A DNA stretch of 32,000 bases, taken from the NCBI RefSeq assembly GCF_032114055.1, contig NZ_DAMCTB010000001.1:252294-284293 (forward strand). Direction: 5' to 3'. Below are positions 14,828-23,078 of the stretch, piece by piece. A program made the position numbers and the translations under genes. Within the stretch, counting starts at the first letter, position 1, and the number at the start of each line of letters is the position of its first letter. The notes beneath the pieces were generated by a model. It ran no database searches. It saw only the letters and a list, made by a program, of their open reading frames with translations, and had not been told where the DNA came from. Source of the DNA: Pantoea sp. (GTDB taxonomy: Bacteria > Pseudomonadota > Gammaproteobacteria > Enterobacterales > Enterobacteriaceae).

Positions 14828-15982
14828 ATGATTACGAACCGGGTTCGTCAGGGCTTGACCCTCTTTGGGATGATACTGCTTATCGCGCAGCTCAGCGGCT
14901 GCGACAAAGGCGTTGCGCAAAACGCTCCACCCGCCCCACCGGAGGTGAGCGCCGCGCCGGTGCTGGTTAAGCCGGTCAGCCAGTGGGACAACTTCAATGG
15001 CCGTGTAGAGGCGGTGCAGAGCGTACAGCTGCGTCCGCGCATTTCCGGCTACATTGATTCCGTGAACTATCGCGAAGGCGATGAGGTTCGCAAAGGTCAG
15101 GTGCTGTTTACCATCGACGACCGGAGTTACCGTGCGGCGCTGGAGCAGGCCAGAGCGGAACTGGCCCGGGCACGCAGTCAGGCGAGTCTGGCCCGCAGCG
15201 AATCGGGCCGCAGCGAGAAGCTGATCGACACCCAGGCTATCTCCCGCGAAGCCTGGGAACAGCGGCGCGCTGCGGCCAGTCAGGCGCAGGCGGAGGTGCT
15301 GGCGGCAGAGGCGGCGGTCGATATGGCCCAGCTGAACCTGGACTTTACCCGCGTCACCGCCCCTATCGATGGACGCGCCAGCCGCGCGATGATTACCGCC
15401 GGTAACCTGGTGACCGCGGGCGACAGCGCCAGTGTCCTGACCACGCTGGTGTCACAGCAGCAGATGTATGTCTATTTTGATGTCGATGAGAACACCTTCC
15501 TGCACTATCAGACGATGGCGCGTCAGGGCCAGCAGCGCCACGCCCTGCCGGTTGAGATTGCGCTGGCCGGCGATCAGGGCTTTCCGCATCAGGGTAAGGT
15601 CGATTTCCTGGATAACCAGCTGACCGCCAGCACCGGCACTATCCGGATGCGTGCCCTGCTCGACAACCAGCAGCGTCAGTTTACCCCGGGCCTGTTTGCC
15701 CGCGTGCGGCTGCCCGGCAGCGCGCAGTTCCAGGCGATGCTGATCGATGACAAGGCAGTACTGACCGATCAGGATCGCAAATATGTTTATGTGGTGGATG
15801 GCGAAGGCAAGGCGCAGCGGCGTGATATCCAGCCCGGCGCAATGGTGGATGGCCTGCGTATCGTGAAATCGGGTCTGCAAGCCGGAGACCGGGTGATCGT
15901 CGCCGGTCTGCAGAAAGTCTTCATGCCGGGCATGCCCGTTACCGCTCAGCAGGTCGCCATGCGCGCGACAGCCGCTCACTAA
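14828..15982 (+). CDS. oqxA: RND efflux periplasmic adaptor (membrane fusion lipoprotein), OqxA-like
   Basis: ATG at 14828 begins MITNRVRQGLTLFGMILLIAQLSGC, which carries a lipobox. It is collinear with my recollection of Klebsiella OqxA (VAQNAPPAPP, SQWDNFNGRVEAVQSVQLRPR, LNLDFTRVTAPIDGRASRA, LQKVFMPGMPV). Confidence 0.8.
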   Translation: MITNRVRQGLTLFGMILLIAQLSGCDKGVAQNAPPAPPEVSAAPVLVKPVSQWDNFNGRVEAVQSVQLRPRISGYIDSVNYREGDEVRKGQVLFTIDDRSYRAALEQARAELARARSQASLARSESGRSEKLIDTQAISREAWEQRRAAASQAQAEVLAAEAAVDMAQLNLDFTRVTAPIDGRASRAMITAGNLVTAGDSASVLTTLVSQQQMYVYFDVDENTFLHYQTMARQGQQRHALPVEIALAGDQGFPHQGKVDFLDNQLTASTGTIRMRALLDNQQRQFTPGLFARVRLPGSAQFQAMLIDDKAVLTDQDRKYVYVVDGEGKAQRRDIQPGAMVDGLRIVKSGLQAGDRVIVAGLQKVFMPGMPVTAQQVAMRATAAH

Positions 15983-15994
15983 TCCGAGGCCGCT

Positions 15995-18900
15995 ATGGAC
16001 TTTTCCCGCTTTTTTATCGATCGGCCCATTTTTGCCGCGGTGCTGTCGATTCTGATCTTCGTCACCGGGATGATCGCTATCCCGCTGCTGCCGATCAGTG
16101 AGTATCCCGACGTTGTCCCGCCCAGCGTACAGGTGCGTGCCGAATATCCCGGTGCGAACCCGAAAGTGATCGCAGATTCGGTGGCGACGCCACTGGAAGA
16201 GGCGATCAACGGCGTCGAAAACATGATGTATATGAAGTCCGTCGCCGGTTCAGATGGTGTGCTGGTTACCACGGTGACCTTCCGCCCGGGCACCGATCCC
16301 GATCAGGCGCAGGTGCAGGTGCAGAACCGCGTCGCGCAGGCGGAAGCGCGTCTGCCGGAAGATGTACGTCGTCTGGGAATTACTACCCAGAAGATGTCAC
16401 CGACCCTGACGCTGGTCGTTCATCTCTTCTCGCCAGACAATACCTACGATTCGCTCTACCTGCGTAACTACGCCACGCTCAAGGTGAAAGATGAGCTGGC
16501 GCGCCTGCCCGGCGTTGGTCAGATCCAGATTTTCGGCGCGGGTGAATATGCGATGCGCGTCTGGCTCGATCCCAACAAAGTGGCGGCGCGCGGCCTGACC
16601 GCCTCGGACGTGATCACCGCGATGCAGGAGCAGAACGTGCAGGTTTCGGCCGGTCAGTTAGGTGCGGAACCGCTTAAGAAACAGAGTGATTTTCTGCTGT
16701 CGATCAACACTCAGGGGCGACTGGAGAACGAGCAGCAGTTCGGCGATATCATCCTGAAAACCTCTGATGACGGCTCGCTGGTGCGGCTGCGCGATGTGGC
16801 ACGCATTGAAATGGGTTCGGGCAGTTACGCCCTGCGCTCTCAGCTCAACAACAAGGATGCGGTCGGTATCGGTATCTTCCAGGCACCCGGCGCCAACGCC
16901 ATCGATCTCTCCAATGCGGTTCGCGCCAAAATGGATGAGCTGGCGACCCGCTTCCCCAACGATGTGAAATGGGCGGCACCTTATGATCCGACGGTGTTTG
17001 TACGTGACTCGATCAAAGCCGTAGTGCAGACGCTGCTGGAAGCGGTGATTCTGGTGGTACTGGTGGTGATCCTGTTCCTGCAGACCTGGCGGGCCTCGAT
17101 TATTCCGCTGCTGGCGGTGCCGGTGTCGGTGGTCGGCACCTTCAGCGTGCTCTATCTGCTCGGTTTCTCGCTCAATACCCTGAGCCTGTTCGGGCTGGTG
17201 CTGGCCATCGGGATCGTGGTGGATGACGCGATTGTGGTGGTGGAAAACGTCGAGCGTAACATTGAGATGGGGCTGTCACCGCGTGCCGCTGCGCATCAGG
17301 CGATGCGCGAAGTCTCAGGGCCCATCATCGCCATTGCGCTGGTGCTCTGCGCGGTGTTCGTGCCGATGGCATTTCTGTCGGGCGTGACCGGACAGTTCTA
17401 TAAGCAGTTCGCCACTACCATCGCGATCTCAACCGTGATTTCAGCGATTAACTCGCTGACGCTCTCGCCTGCCCTCGCGGCGATGCTGCTGAAAGGCCAT
17501 GACGCGCCGAAAGATCGCCTGACGCGGATTATCGATGCGCTGTTCGGCTGGCTTTTCCGTCCGTTTAACCGCTTCTTCCAGCGCAGTGCGCATGGGTATG
17601 AATCGCTGGTTGGCCGCACGCTGCGTCGTCGTGGTGCGGTGTTCGCTGTCTATCTGCTGCTGCTGGCCGGGGCCGGGTTTATGTTCCACACCGTGCCGGG
17701 CGGATTTATTCCGACACAGGATAAGCTCTATCTGATTGGTGGCGTGAAGATGCCGGAAGGCTCCTCGCTGGCGCGGACCGATGAGGTGATTCGTAAGATG
17801 AGCGAAATCGGTATGCAGACTGATGGTGTCGCCTATGCGGTCGCCTTCCCCGGCCTGAATGCCCTGCAGTTCACCAATACGCCAAACAGCGGCACGGTCT
17901 TCTTCGGTCTGAAGCCCTTTAATGAGCGTAAGCATACGGCGGACGAGATTAACGCGGAGATCAATGCGAAGATCGCGAAGATCCAGCAGGGCTTTGGCTT
18001 CTCCATTATGCCACCGCCTATCCTTGGACTGGGTCAGGGATCGGGTTATTCGCTCTATGTGCAGGATCGGGCCGGTCTGGGCTATGGCGCATTGCAGACG
18101 GCGATCAATACGCTGTCGGGCAGCATCATGCAGACGCCGGGGATGCACTTCCCTATCTCCTCCTATCAGGCCAACGTGCCACAGCTGGATGTTCAGGTCG
18201 ATCGGGATAAAGCGAAAGCGCAGGGTGTGTCGCTGACCGCCCTGTTCAGTACGCTTCAGACCTATCTCGGCTCCTCTTACGTAAACGATTTCAACCGGTT
18301 TGGACGCACCTGGCGGGTGATGGCGCAGGCGGATGGGGAGTTCCGCGACAGCGTCGAGGATATTGCGAATCTGCGCACCCGCAACGATCGCGGTGAAATG
18401 GTGCCGATTGGCAGTATGGTCAACATTACCACCACCTATGGTCCCGATCCGGTGATTCGCTACAACGGCTATCCGGCGGCGGATCTGATCGGTGATGCCG
18501 ACCCGCGCATCCTCTCCTCCGCACAGGCGATGAGCCAGCTGGAAGCGATGTCCGGTCAGCTCCTGCCCAACGGCATGAATATCGAGTGGACCGACCTGAG
18601 TTATCAACAGTCAACCCAGGGCAACACCGCGCTGATCGTCTTCCCGATGGCGGTGCTGCTGGCCTTCCTGGTGCTGGCCGCGCTTTATGAGAGCTGGACG
18701 CTGCCGCTGGCGGTGATCCTGATTGTGCCGATGACGCTGCTCTCTGCCCTGTCTGGCGTCTGGCTGACCGGCGGGGATAACAACGTCTTCGTGCAGGTCG
18801 GACTGGTGGTGCTGATGGGGCTGGCGTGTAAGAACGCGATTCTGATCGTCGAGTTTGCGCGGGAGCTGGAGATTCAGGGCAAAGGGATTGTGGACGCGGC

Positions 18901-19147
18901 GCTGGAAGCGTGTCGCCTGCGTCTGCGCCCCATCGTGATGACCTCCATCGCCTTTATCGCCGGCACCGTGCCGCTGATTCTGGGTGAAGGCGCGGGAGCC
19001 GAAGTGCGGGGCGTGACCGGTATTACGGTCTTCTCCGGCATGCTCGGTGTGACGCTGTTCGGCCTGTTCCTGACGCCGGTGTTCTATGTCGCGCTGCGCA
19101 AGCTGGTGACGAGTCGCGCAGAACAGGCGGAGTCAGCGACGGCGTAA
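15995..19147 (+). CDS. oqxB: RND multidrug efflux inner-membrane transporter, OqxB-like (1050 aa)
   Basis: MDFSRFFIDRPIFAAVLSILIFVTG...; the length is identical to OqxB, with near-identity over long stretches to my recollection of Klebsiella OqxB. SD gagg lies 6 nt upstream, and the start is 12 nt after the oqxA stop. Confidence 0.85.
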   Translation: MDFSRFFIDRPIFAAVLSILIFVTGMIAIPLLPISEYPDVVPPSVQVRAEYPGANPKVIADSVATPLEEAINGVENMMYMKSVAGSDGVLVTTVTFRPGTDPDQAQVQVQNRVAQAEARLPEDVRRLGITTQKMSPTLTLVVHLFSPDNTYDSLYLRNYATLKVKDELARLPGVGQIQIFGAGEYAMRVWLDPNKVAARGLTASDVITAMQEQNVQVSAGQLGAEPLKKQSDFLLSINTQGRLENEQQFGDIILKTSDDGSLVRLRDVARIEMGSGSYALRSQLNNKDAVGIGIFQAPGANAIDLSNAVRAKMDELATRFPNDVKWAAPYDPTVFVRDSIKAVVQTLLEAVILVVLVVILFLQTWRASIIPLLAVPVSVVGTFSVLYLLGFSLNTLSLFGLVLAIGIVVDDAIVVVENVERNIEMGLSPRAAAHQAMREVSGPIIAIALVLCAVFVPMAFLSGVTGQFYKQFATTIAISTVISAINSLTLSPALAAMLLKGHDAPKDRLTRIIDALFGWLFRPFNRFFQRSAHGYESLVGRTLRRRGAVFAVYLLLLAGAGFMFHTVPGGFIPTQDKLYLIGGVKMPEGSSLARTDEVIRKMSEIGMQTDGVAYAVAFPGLNALQFTNTPNSGTVFFGLKPFNERKHTADEINAEINAKIAKIQQGFGFSIMPPPILGLGQGSGYSLYVQDRAGLGYGALQTAINTLSGSIMQTPGMHFPISSYQANVPQLDVQVDRDKAKAQGVSLTALFSTLQTYLGSSYVNDFNRFGRTWRVMAQADGEFRDSVEDIANLRTRNDRGEMVPIGSMVNITTTYGPDPVIRYNGYPAADLIGDADPRILSSAQAMSQLEAMSGQLLPNGMNIEWTDLSYQQSTQGNTALIVFPMAVLLAFLVLAALYESWTLPLAVILIVPMTLLSALSGVWLTGGDNNVFVQVGLVVLMGLACKNAILIVEFARELEIQGKGIVDAALEACRLRLRPIVMTSIAFIAGTVPLILGEGAGAEVRGVTGITVFSGMLGVTLFGLFLTPVFYVALRKLVTSRAEQAESATA

Positions 19148-19160
19148 ACCGTGATGTCTG

Positions 19161-19191
19161 AAAGGGGCGATCGCAGGATCGCCCCTTTTTT
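19161..19191 (+). terminator. Rho-independent terminator of oqxAB (A-tract upstream, so possibly bidirectional for hicB)
   Basis: ggggcgatc (19164-19172) / gatcgcccc (19177-19185) with loop gcag, followed by tttttt. Confidence 0.8.
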
Positions 19192-19234
19192 GTCTGTGAC
19201 ACGCCTGACCGCCCTTTTGCGTGAAAGCGGCTCA

Positions 19235-19660
19235 TCAGATGAGAATCTCAACCCGGGCTTTACGGCCCAGCTGCGCCAGCGCCAGTTCAACTTTTTCAAC
19301 TTTTGACGAGTGCTCTACGTCAAGCAGTCGGTCAACCTGTGGACCATTTACGCCCAGCTGGCGTGCCAAATCCGCCTTGCGGGTACCGGTTTCAATCATA
19401 GCGTTATACAGTGCCGCTTTCATTGCTACCAGGACAGGCACAGAGACGATGTACTCCCCCTGCTGCGCATCACTCGCTAACGGGATGGGACGACGGGCAT
19501 CCATTTCCAGAGAGATAGCGGCTACCAGTCCATCTGCTGCCTCGGCCAGCGCTTCCTCAATGGTGTCGCCAACTGAATGCAATAATGGTAAATCGCGACA
19601 TGATACCTCCCAGCTATCGGTTTTCAGGTCATGCGTTAATCTGACGGCATAGTTAAACAT
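19235..19660 (-). CDS. hicB: HicB-family type II antitoxin (N-terminal HicB fold plus C-terminal HTH)
   Basis: 141 aa. The architecture and motifs parallel E. coli HicB (PIPLAS...YIVSVPVLVAMKAALYNAMIETGTRKADLARQLGVNGPQVDRLLD). SD gagg is 8 nt upstream, and the start is 22 nt after the hicA stop. Confidence 0.8.
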   Translation of the reverse strand: MFNYAVRLTHDLKTDSWEVSCRDLPLLHSVGDTIEEALAEAADGLVAAISLEMDARRPIPLASDAQQGEYIVSVPVLVAMKAALYNAMIETGTRKADLARQLGVNGPQVDRLLDVEHSSKVEKVELALAQLGRKARVEILI

Positions 19661-19682
19661 AGGGTGACCTCACTGATCAGGC

Positions 19683-19865
19683 TTACAGGCCCAGATCTTT
19701 TAGAATTTTCTTGCGCGTCCCTTCCGGCATTTCTTTCGCGCCATGATCTGGAAAGACAGACTGCCTGTCGCCTAAGAAGACTTTGAAATGGCTGCTTCCA
19801 CTGCGGTGCTTAACCAGAATAGCGCCTTGCTGAATGAGTCAGCGTCTGAATTCACTGTACTTCAT
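19683..19865 (-). pseudogene. hicA: hicA toxin gene interrupted by a single in-frame TGA at codon 9
   Basis: The minus strand reads ATG AAG TAC AGT GAA TTC AGA CGC TGA CTC ..., giving MKYSEFRR*LIQQGAILVKHRSGSSHFKVFLGDRQSVFPDHGAKEMPEGTRKKILKDLGL*. E. coli HicA begins MKQSEFRRWLESQG, so the TGA (plus 19839-19841) replaces the Trp codon TGG. The rest of the frame is intact, including the GS(S)H catalytic His region. This gene is absent from the supplied ORF track. Confidence 0.75.
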
Positions 19866-20010
19866 CGCGTTCCCTCGCTCTGTATAAAGTAAGATTAACA
19901 CTAATGATGCTTAAGGCAACATAAATGTTTCTTTATTGAGAGCAGGAGAGATAATGCTGGAAAGCAAGCAGGAAGGGTCCAAAGGCAACGTGCAGCATGA
20001 ATCCACGCCC

Positions 20011-20042
20011 ATAAAAAAAGCCGCTTATCAGCGGCTTTTTTT
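20011..20042 (-). terminator. Rho-independent terminator of the Rrf2 regulator gene (overlaps its stop codon; A/T tracts on both sides)
   Basis: aaaaaaagccgc ttatca gcggcttttttt. On the minus-strand RNA the GCCGC/GCGGC-based stem is followed by UUUUUUUAU. Confidence 0.75.
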
Positions 20043-20522
20043 GCAGAGTTCTTCACTCTCTTCAGGTTCAGGTTCCGGCACGGCGGTGCAGTTACTGGTG
20101 TCGCGCTTTTTCAGCTCATTCAGCGCGTCGGCCACGGTGCGTTTTGCCAGCACGTCCAGCGACGCCTGCTCGGCTTCGTCGGCGATCGACTTGAAGTACC
20201 AGCAGAGGTTGGCGCTGACCAGACAGCGCGGTGCGACATCCGGGCGTGCAGCCCAGATCTTTTTATCTTCAATCACCGAGACATAGATATCCCGCAGGGT
20301 AATTTCCGCCGCAGGACGTCCCAAATGGATAGAACCGGTACGCCCCAGCGTCGAAACAATGATGCCGTCACGTGTGAGCGGAACCATCAATTTTCGTATG
20401 AAACTGGGATTCGCTTCCAGCCCGTAGGCCAGAATCGCGCTGGTAGAGCGTTTATCCATTTGCTCCGCCATCGCTACGCTCAGAACCATTTGCAAAGCTG
20501 TCGGGAAGCGGTAATCAAGCAT
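20028..20522 (-). CDS. oqxR: Rrf2-family transcriptional regulator (position and sequence consistent with OqxR, the repressor of oqxAB/rarA)
   Basis: ATG at 20522 (SD agga upstream) begins MLDYRFPTALQMVLSVAMAEQMDKRSTSAILAYGLEANPSFIRKLMVPLTRDGIIVST, an Rrf2 wHTH. It lies downstream of oqxB, as oqxR does in Klebsiella. The longer ORF reaching 20654 has no supporting features. Confidence 0.6.
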   Translation of the reverse strand: MLDYRFPTALQMVLSVAMAEQMDKRSTSAILAYGLEANPSFIRKLMVPLTRDGIIVSTLGRTGSIHLGRPAAEITLRDIYVSVIEDKKIWAARPDVAPRCLVSANLCWYFKSIADEAEQASLDVLAKRTVADALNELKKRDTSNCTAVPEPEPEESEELCKKSR

Positions 20523-20728
20523 TTCTTTATCCTGAGTTGCGGTGCATCTTATTGTTTTATTGCCGCATAAGTGAACAATCAATGAGCAATAAATATAACA
20601 AACACAGTTGCTTTTTTGAAGCCAACCCACGCTGACAAGGCACGTATTCACCAAAGGCAGAAGCCCGACCGCACAAGGTGCTTAGCCTGCCAACAGCCCT
20701 TAAAATGGCTGGCTGGCGCAGAACCCCC

Positions 20729-21970
20729 TTAAACGGCTGCGGCCGGGGTCGCCGGTAATCGCCGCTTCAGCGCCATCACCAGCATCACGTTAATGATTGC
20801 CAGCGCGCAAAGCAACCATAGCGTGGCTGATGCGCCCATCTTTTCAAAGACATATCCGCCGACCAGCGGCGTCAGCGCCTGCCCCATTAGCGCCGGGCGG
20901 GCCATTTTCCCCACCACGATGGCATAGGATTCTGGTTTGACCATCACCAGCGGTAAAGTTCCCCGCACAATGGCACGCAGGCCATTTCCTGCCCCGTAGA
21001 GCAACATGCTCATCAGTGCCATCTGTGGCATCAAGGCCAGCAACAGCAGCCCCAGCGCCACCAGTCCGACAGAAAAGAAAGCAGTGCGGATGGGATGGCT
21101 TCGCTTAAAGGCCATATCGACGAGACGGGACGCGACCTGACACGGGCCAGGCACCGCGCTGATCGCCAGTGCAGAGGTCAGGGTATGACCACTCGCCTGC
21201 AGCAAGGTAATTAGCTGCACGGAGATCGCGGTCATGATCACCGATGCCAGCGTAAAGATGGCGCACAGCAGCCAGAAGCGCACTGGCGCAATCTCCGCCT
21301 CTGCGGACACGGGATCGCGCCGTTTTACCGGTCGCTGAGCGTGACTCGCCGGTAAAGCAAACAGATAAGCAGGCAGGACGCAGATCACCAGCATGGCCGC
21401 GATGATTAGCGATGCGTCGCGCCAGCCGAATCCGTGAATGAGCAGAGCCGTTCCCGGCCAGACCAGCGTGGTGCAGAAACCTGATATCAGCGTAATGCCG
21501 GTGATGGCTGACCGCGCCTGCGCACCATAACAGGTGCCAAGCGTAGCAAACAGCGCATCATAGAGACCCATGGCCATCCCGATTCCGATGATGATCCAGG
21601 CGACAATAAACAGCGGCAGCGCATGGCTGCAGGCCATGATTGTCAGCCCCGCTGCCATCACCACTCCGCTCAGCGCCAGCATCATGCGGCCGCCGGTGCG
21701 GGCGATAACCCTGCCTGCAAACGGCGACAGCAGGCCCGACACCAGAAGTCCGACAGAGAGCGCGCCGTAAATCCACTGCTGTGACCAGCCTGTCTCCTCC
21801 GCAATCGGTGACGCCATTACCGCCATCAGATAGAAGGATCCACCCCATGAGAGGATCTGTATCCAGCCCAGGGTGATGATGGCGGCTATGCGGGGTTTGT
21901 TCGTCAGATTCACAGGCGATCTCAGGGTTAGCAGGCGAACCGTTTTATAACATGTTCTGCGATAAGGCAA
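20729..21970 (-). CDS. MFS transporter (12-TM type); start codon uncertain (ATG 21970 or GTG 21913)
   Basis: A hydrophobic polytopic protein with MFS-like loop motifs (GLLSPFAGRVIARTGGR, GKMARPALMGQALTPLVGG). Confidence 0.75.
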   Translation of the reverse strand: MPYRRTCYKTVRLLTLRSPVNLTNKPRIAAIITLGWIQILSWGGSFYLMAVMASPIAEETGWSQQWIYGALSVGLLVSGLLSPFAGRVIARTGGRMMLALSGVVMAAGLTIMACSHALPLFIVAWIIIGIGMAMGLYDALFATLGTCYGAQARSAITGITLISGFCTTLVWPGTALLIHGFGWRDASLIIAAMLVICVLPAYLFALPASHAQRPVKRRDPVSAEAEIAPVRFWLLCAIFTLASVIMTAISVQLITLLQASGHTLTSALAISAVPGPCQVASRLVDMAFKRSHPIRTAFFSVGLVALGLLLLALMPQMALMSMLLYGAGNGLRAIVRGTLPLVMVKPESYAIVVGKMARPALMGQALTPLVGGYVFEKMGASATLWLLCALAIINVMLVMALKRRLPATPAAAV

Positions 21971-22029
21971 AATGCGCGACCGCTTTTAGCTGCTGAGCCA
22001 GGCAGGCCGCACGTTTTATCGGGTACAAT

Positions 22030-22052
22030 CAAAAGTATGTTGTAACTATAAT
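22030..22052 (+). other. Ter replication-fork arrest site (TerB-like) in the tus promoter
   Basis: CAAAAGTATGTTGTAACTATAAT versus E. coli TerB AATAAGTATGTTGTAACTAAAGT. That is 19/23 identical, including the contiguous positions 6-19 (GTATGTTGTAACTA). It sits about 60 nt upstream of tus, exactly as TerB does in E. coli. Confidence 0.8.
22047..22052 (+). promoter_or_regulatory. Candidate tus -10 hexamer embedded in the Ter site
   Basis: A perfect TATAAT formed by the 3' end of the Ter site. I found no convincing -35. The arrangement is consistent with the Tus autorepression known in E. coli. Confidence 0.4.
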
Positions 22053-22082
22053 GCACTTGCATCTTCGACAGGCTTCTGCCAC

Positions 22083-22105
22083 ATTGTGGACGTTGTAACT
22101 ATGAG
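22083..22105 (+). other. Second, degenerate Ter-like site in the same orientation, overlapping the tus ribosome-binding site
   Basis: ATTGTGGACGTTGTAACTATGAG keeps G6, A8 and the whole 10-19 core GTTGTAACTA, but has C at position 9 and diverges outside the core (14/23 versus TerB). It shares the 11-mer gttgtaactat with site 1, 53 bp upstream. Confidence 0.45.
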
Positions 22106-22113
22106 GATCGACC

Positions 22114-23043
22114 ATGACGCGCTATGACTTAGTGGCTGATATGCATCAGTGTGTAAACGACCTGGAACAGGCGCTGGGCGAACTGCGGCAGCAGATTGAA
22201 ACGCAGCCTCTGCTCATCGCCCGGGTATTTAGTCTGCCGCCTGTCGTGAAAGGTCGCGAACACGAGGCAATTACGCAGATTGCCGTCGAGCAGCATCTCG
22301 GTGAGCGCGCGTTAACGATGGCGCTGGACCACTACTGCCGCCTGTTTATGCAACATCAGTCGGAACAGCTGAGCACCAAGGCCGCCGTGCGCTTGCCGGG
22401 CGCCCTCTGCATTGAGTGCGATGCGGCGGAGGAAGCGGAGATCGGCGCGCTGGTCACAGTCATTAATCAGCTGAAAGCGCGGCTGGAAAAGCTGATTACG
22501 GTGGAGTCGGGCCTGCCGAGTGAAGCGCGCTTTGAGTTCGTCCACCAGCATCTGCGCGGGTTAATTACACTCAACGCCTACCGCTCCATCACCCTGCTCA
22601 GCGCACCGGACAGCCTGCGCTTTGGCTGGGCGAATAAACACATCATCAAGAATCTCAAACGCGAAGAGGTAATAGCCCAGCTGGAAAAAAGCCTGAAGGC
22701 AGGACGCGCTCAGGCGCCCTGGTCACGCGAACAGTGGGCAGAAAAAGTGCAGGAGGAGCTGGCCAGCGTGCGCGCCCTGCCCGCCTCGGCACGGCTTAAA
22801 ATCAAACGGCCGGTGAAAGTCCAGCCGGTCGCGCGCGTCTGGCGTGCCGATGAGCAAAAACAGACGCAGCTGGCCTGCCCGTCACCGATTCTGGTGATCT
22901 GTCGCGATCGCAGTCAGGTGCCGGTGCTGGGCGAGTTGCTTAACTATGATGCGGACAATATTAAGCATCGTCATAAGCCTGCCGCGGAACCCCTGAATCT
23001 GCTCATCCCCCGACTCCATTTGTGGGTGGATTGCCCGCTGTAA
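22114..23043 (+). CDS. tus: DNA replication terminus site-binding protein Tus
   Basis: 309 aa, the same length as E. coli Tus and collinear with it: ARVFSLP, SKAAVRLPG, TVESGLPSEARFEFVHQHLRGLITLNAYR, LRFGWANKHIIKNL, LKIKRPVKVQPVARVW, GELLNYDADNIKHRHKP and IPRLHLWV. Confidence 0.95.
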   Translation: MTRYDLVADMHQCVNDLEQALGELRQQIETQPLLIARVFSLPPVVKGREHEAITQIAVEQHLGERALTMALDHYCRLFMQHQSEQLSTKAAVRLPGALCIECDAAEEAEIGALVTVINQLKARLEKLITVESGLPSEARFEFVHQHLRGLITLNAYRSITLLSAPDSLRFGWANKHIIKNLKREEVIAQLEKSLKAGRAQAPWSREQWAEKVQEELASVRALPASARLKIKRPVKVQPVARVWRADEQKQTQLACPSPILVICRDRSQVPVLGELLNYDADNIKHRHKPAAEPLNLLIPRLHLWVDCPL

Positions 23044-23045
23044 TG

Positions 23046-23071
23046 CAGAGGCCAGCGGAGGCTGGCCTCTG
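23046..23071. terminator. Strong hairpin between convergent tus and fumC (bidirectional terminator candidate, no U-tract)
   Basis: Perfect 11-bp stem cagaggccagc (23046-23056) / gctggcctctg (23061-23071) with loop ggag. Confidence 0.5.
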
Positions 23072-23078
23072 ACATCGC

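Noticed and set aside
17441-18607. 388-aa minus-strand ORF
   Set aside because: It lies entirely antisense to oqxB, whose identity is unambiguous.
19936-20286. 116-aa plus-strand ORF
   Set aside because: It runs through a terminator hairpin and is antisense to the Rrf2 regulator gene. Its Ser-rich low-complexity translation gives it no support.
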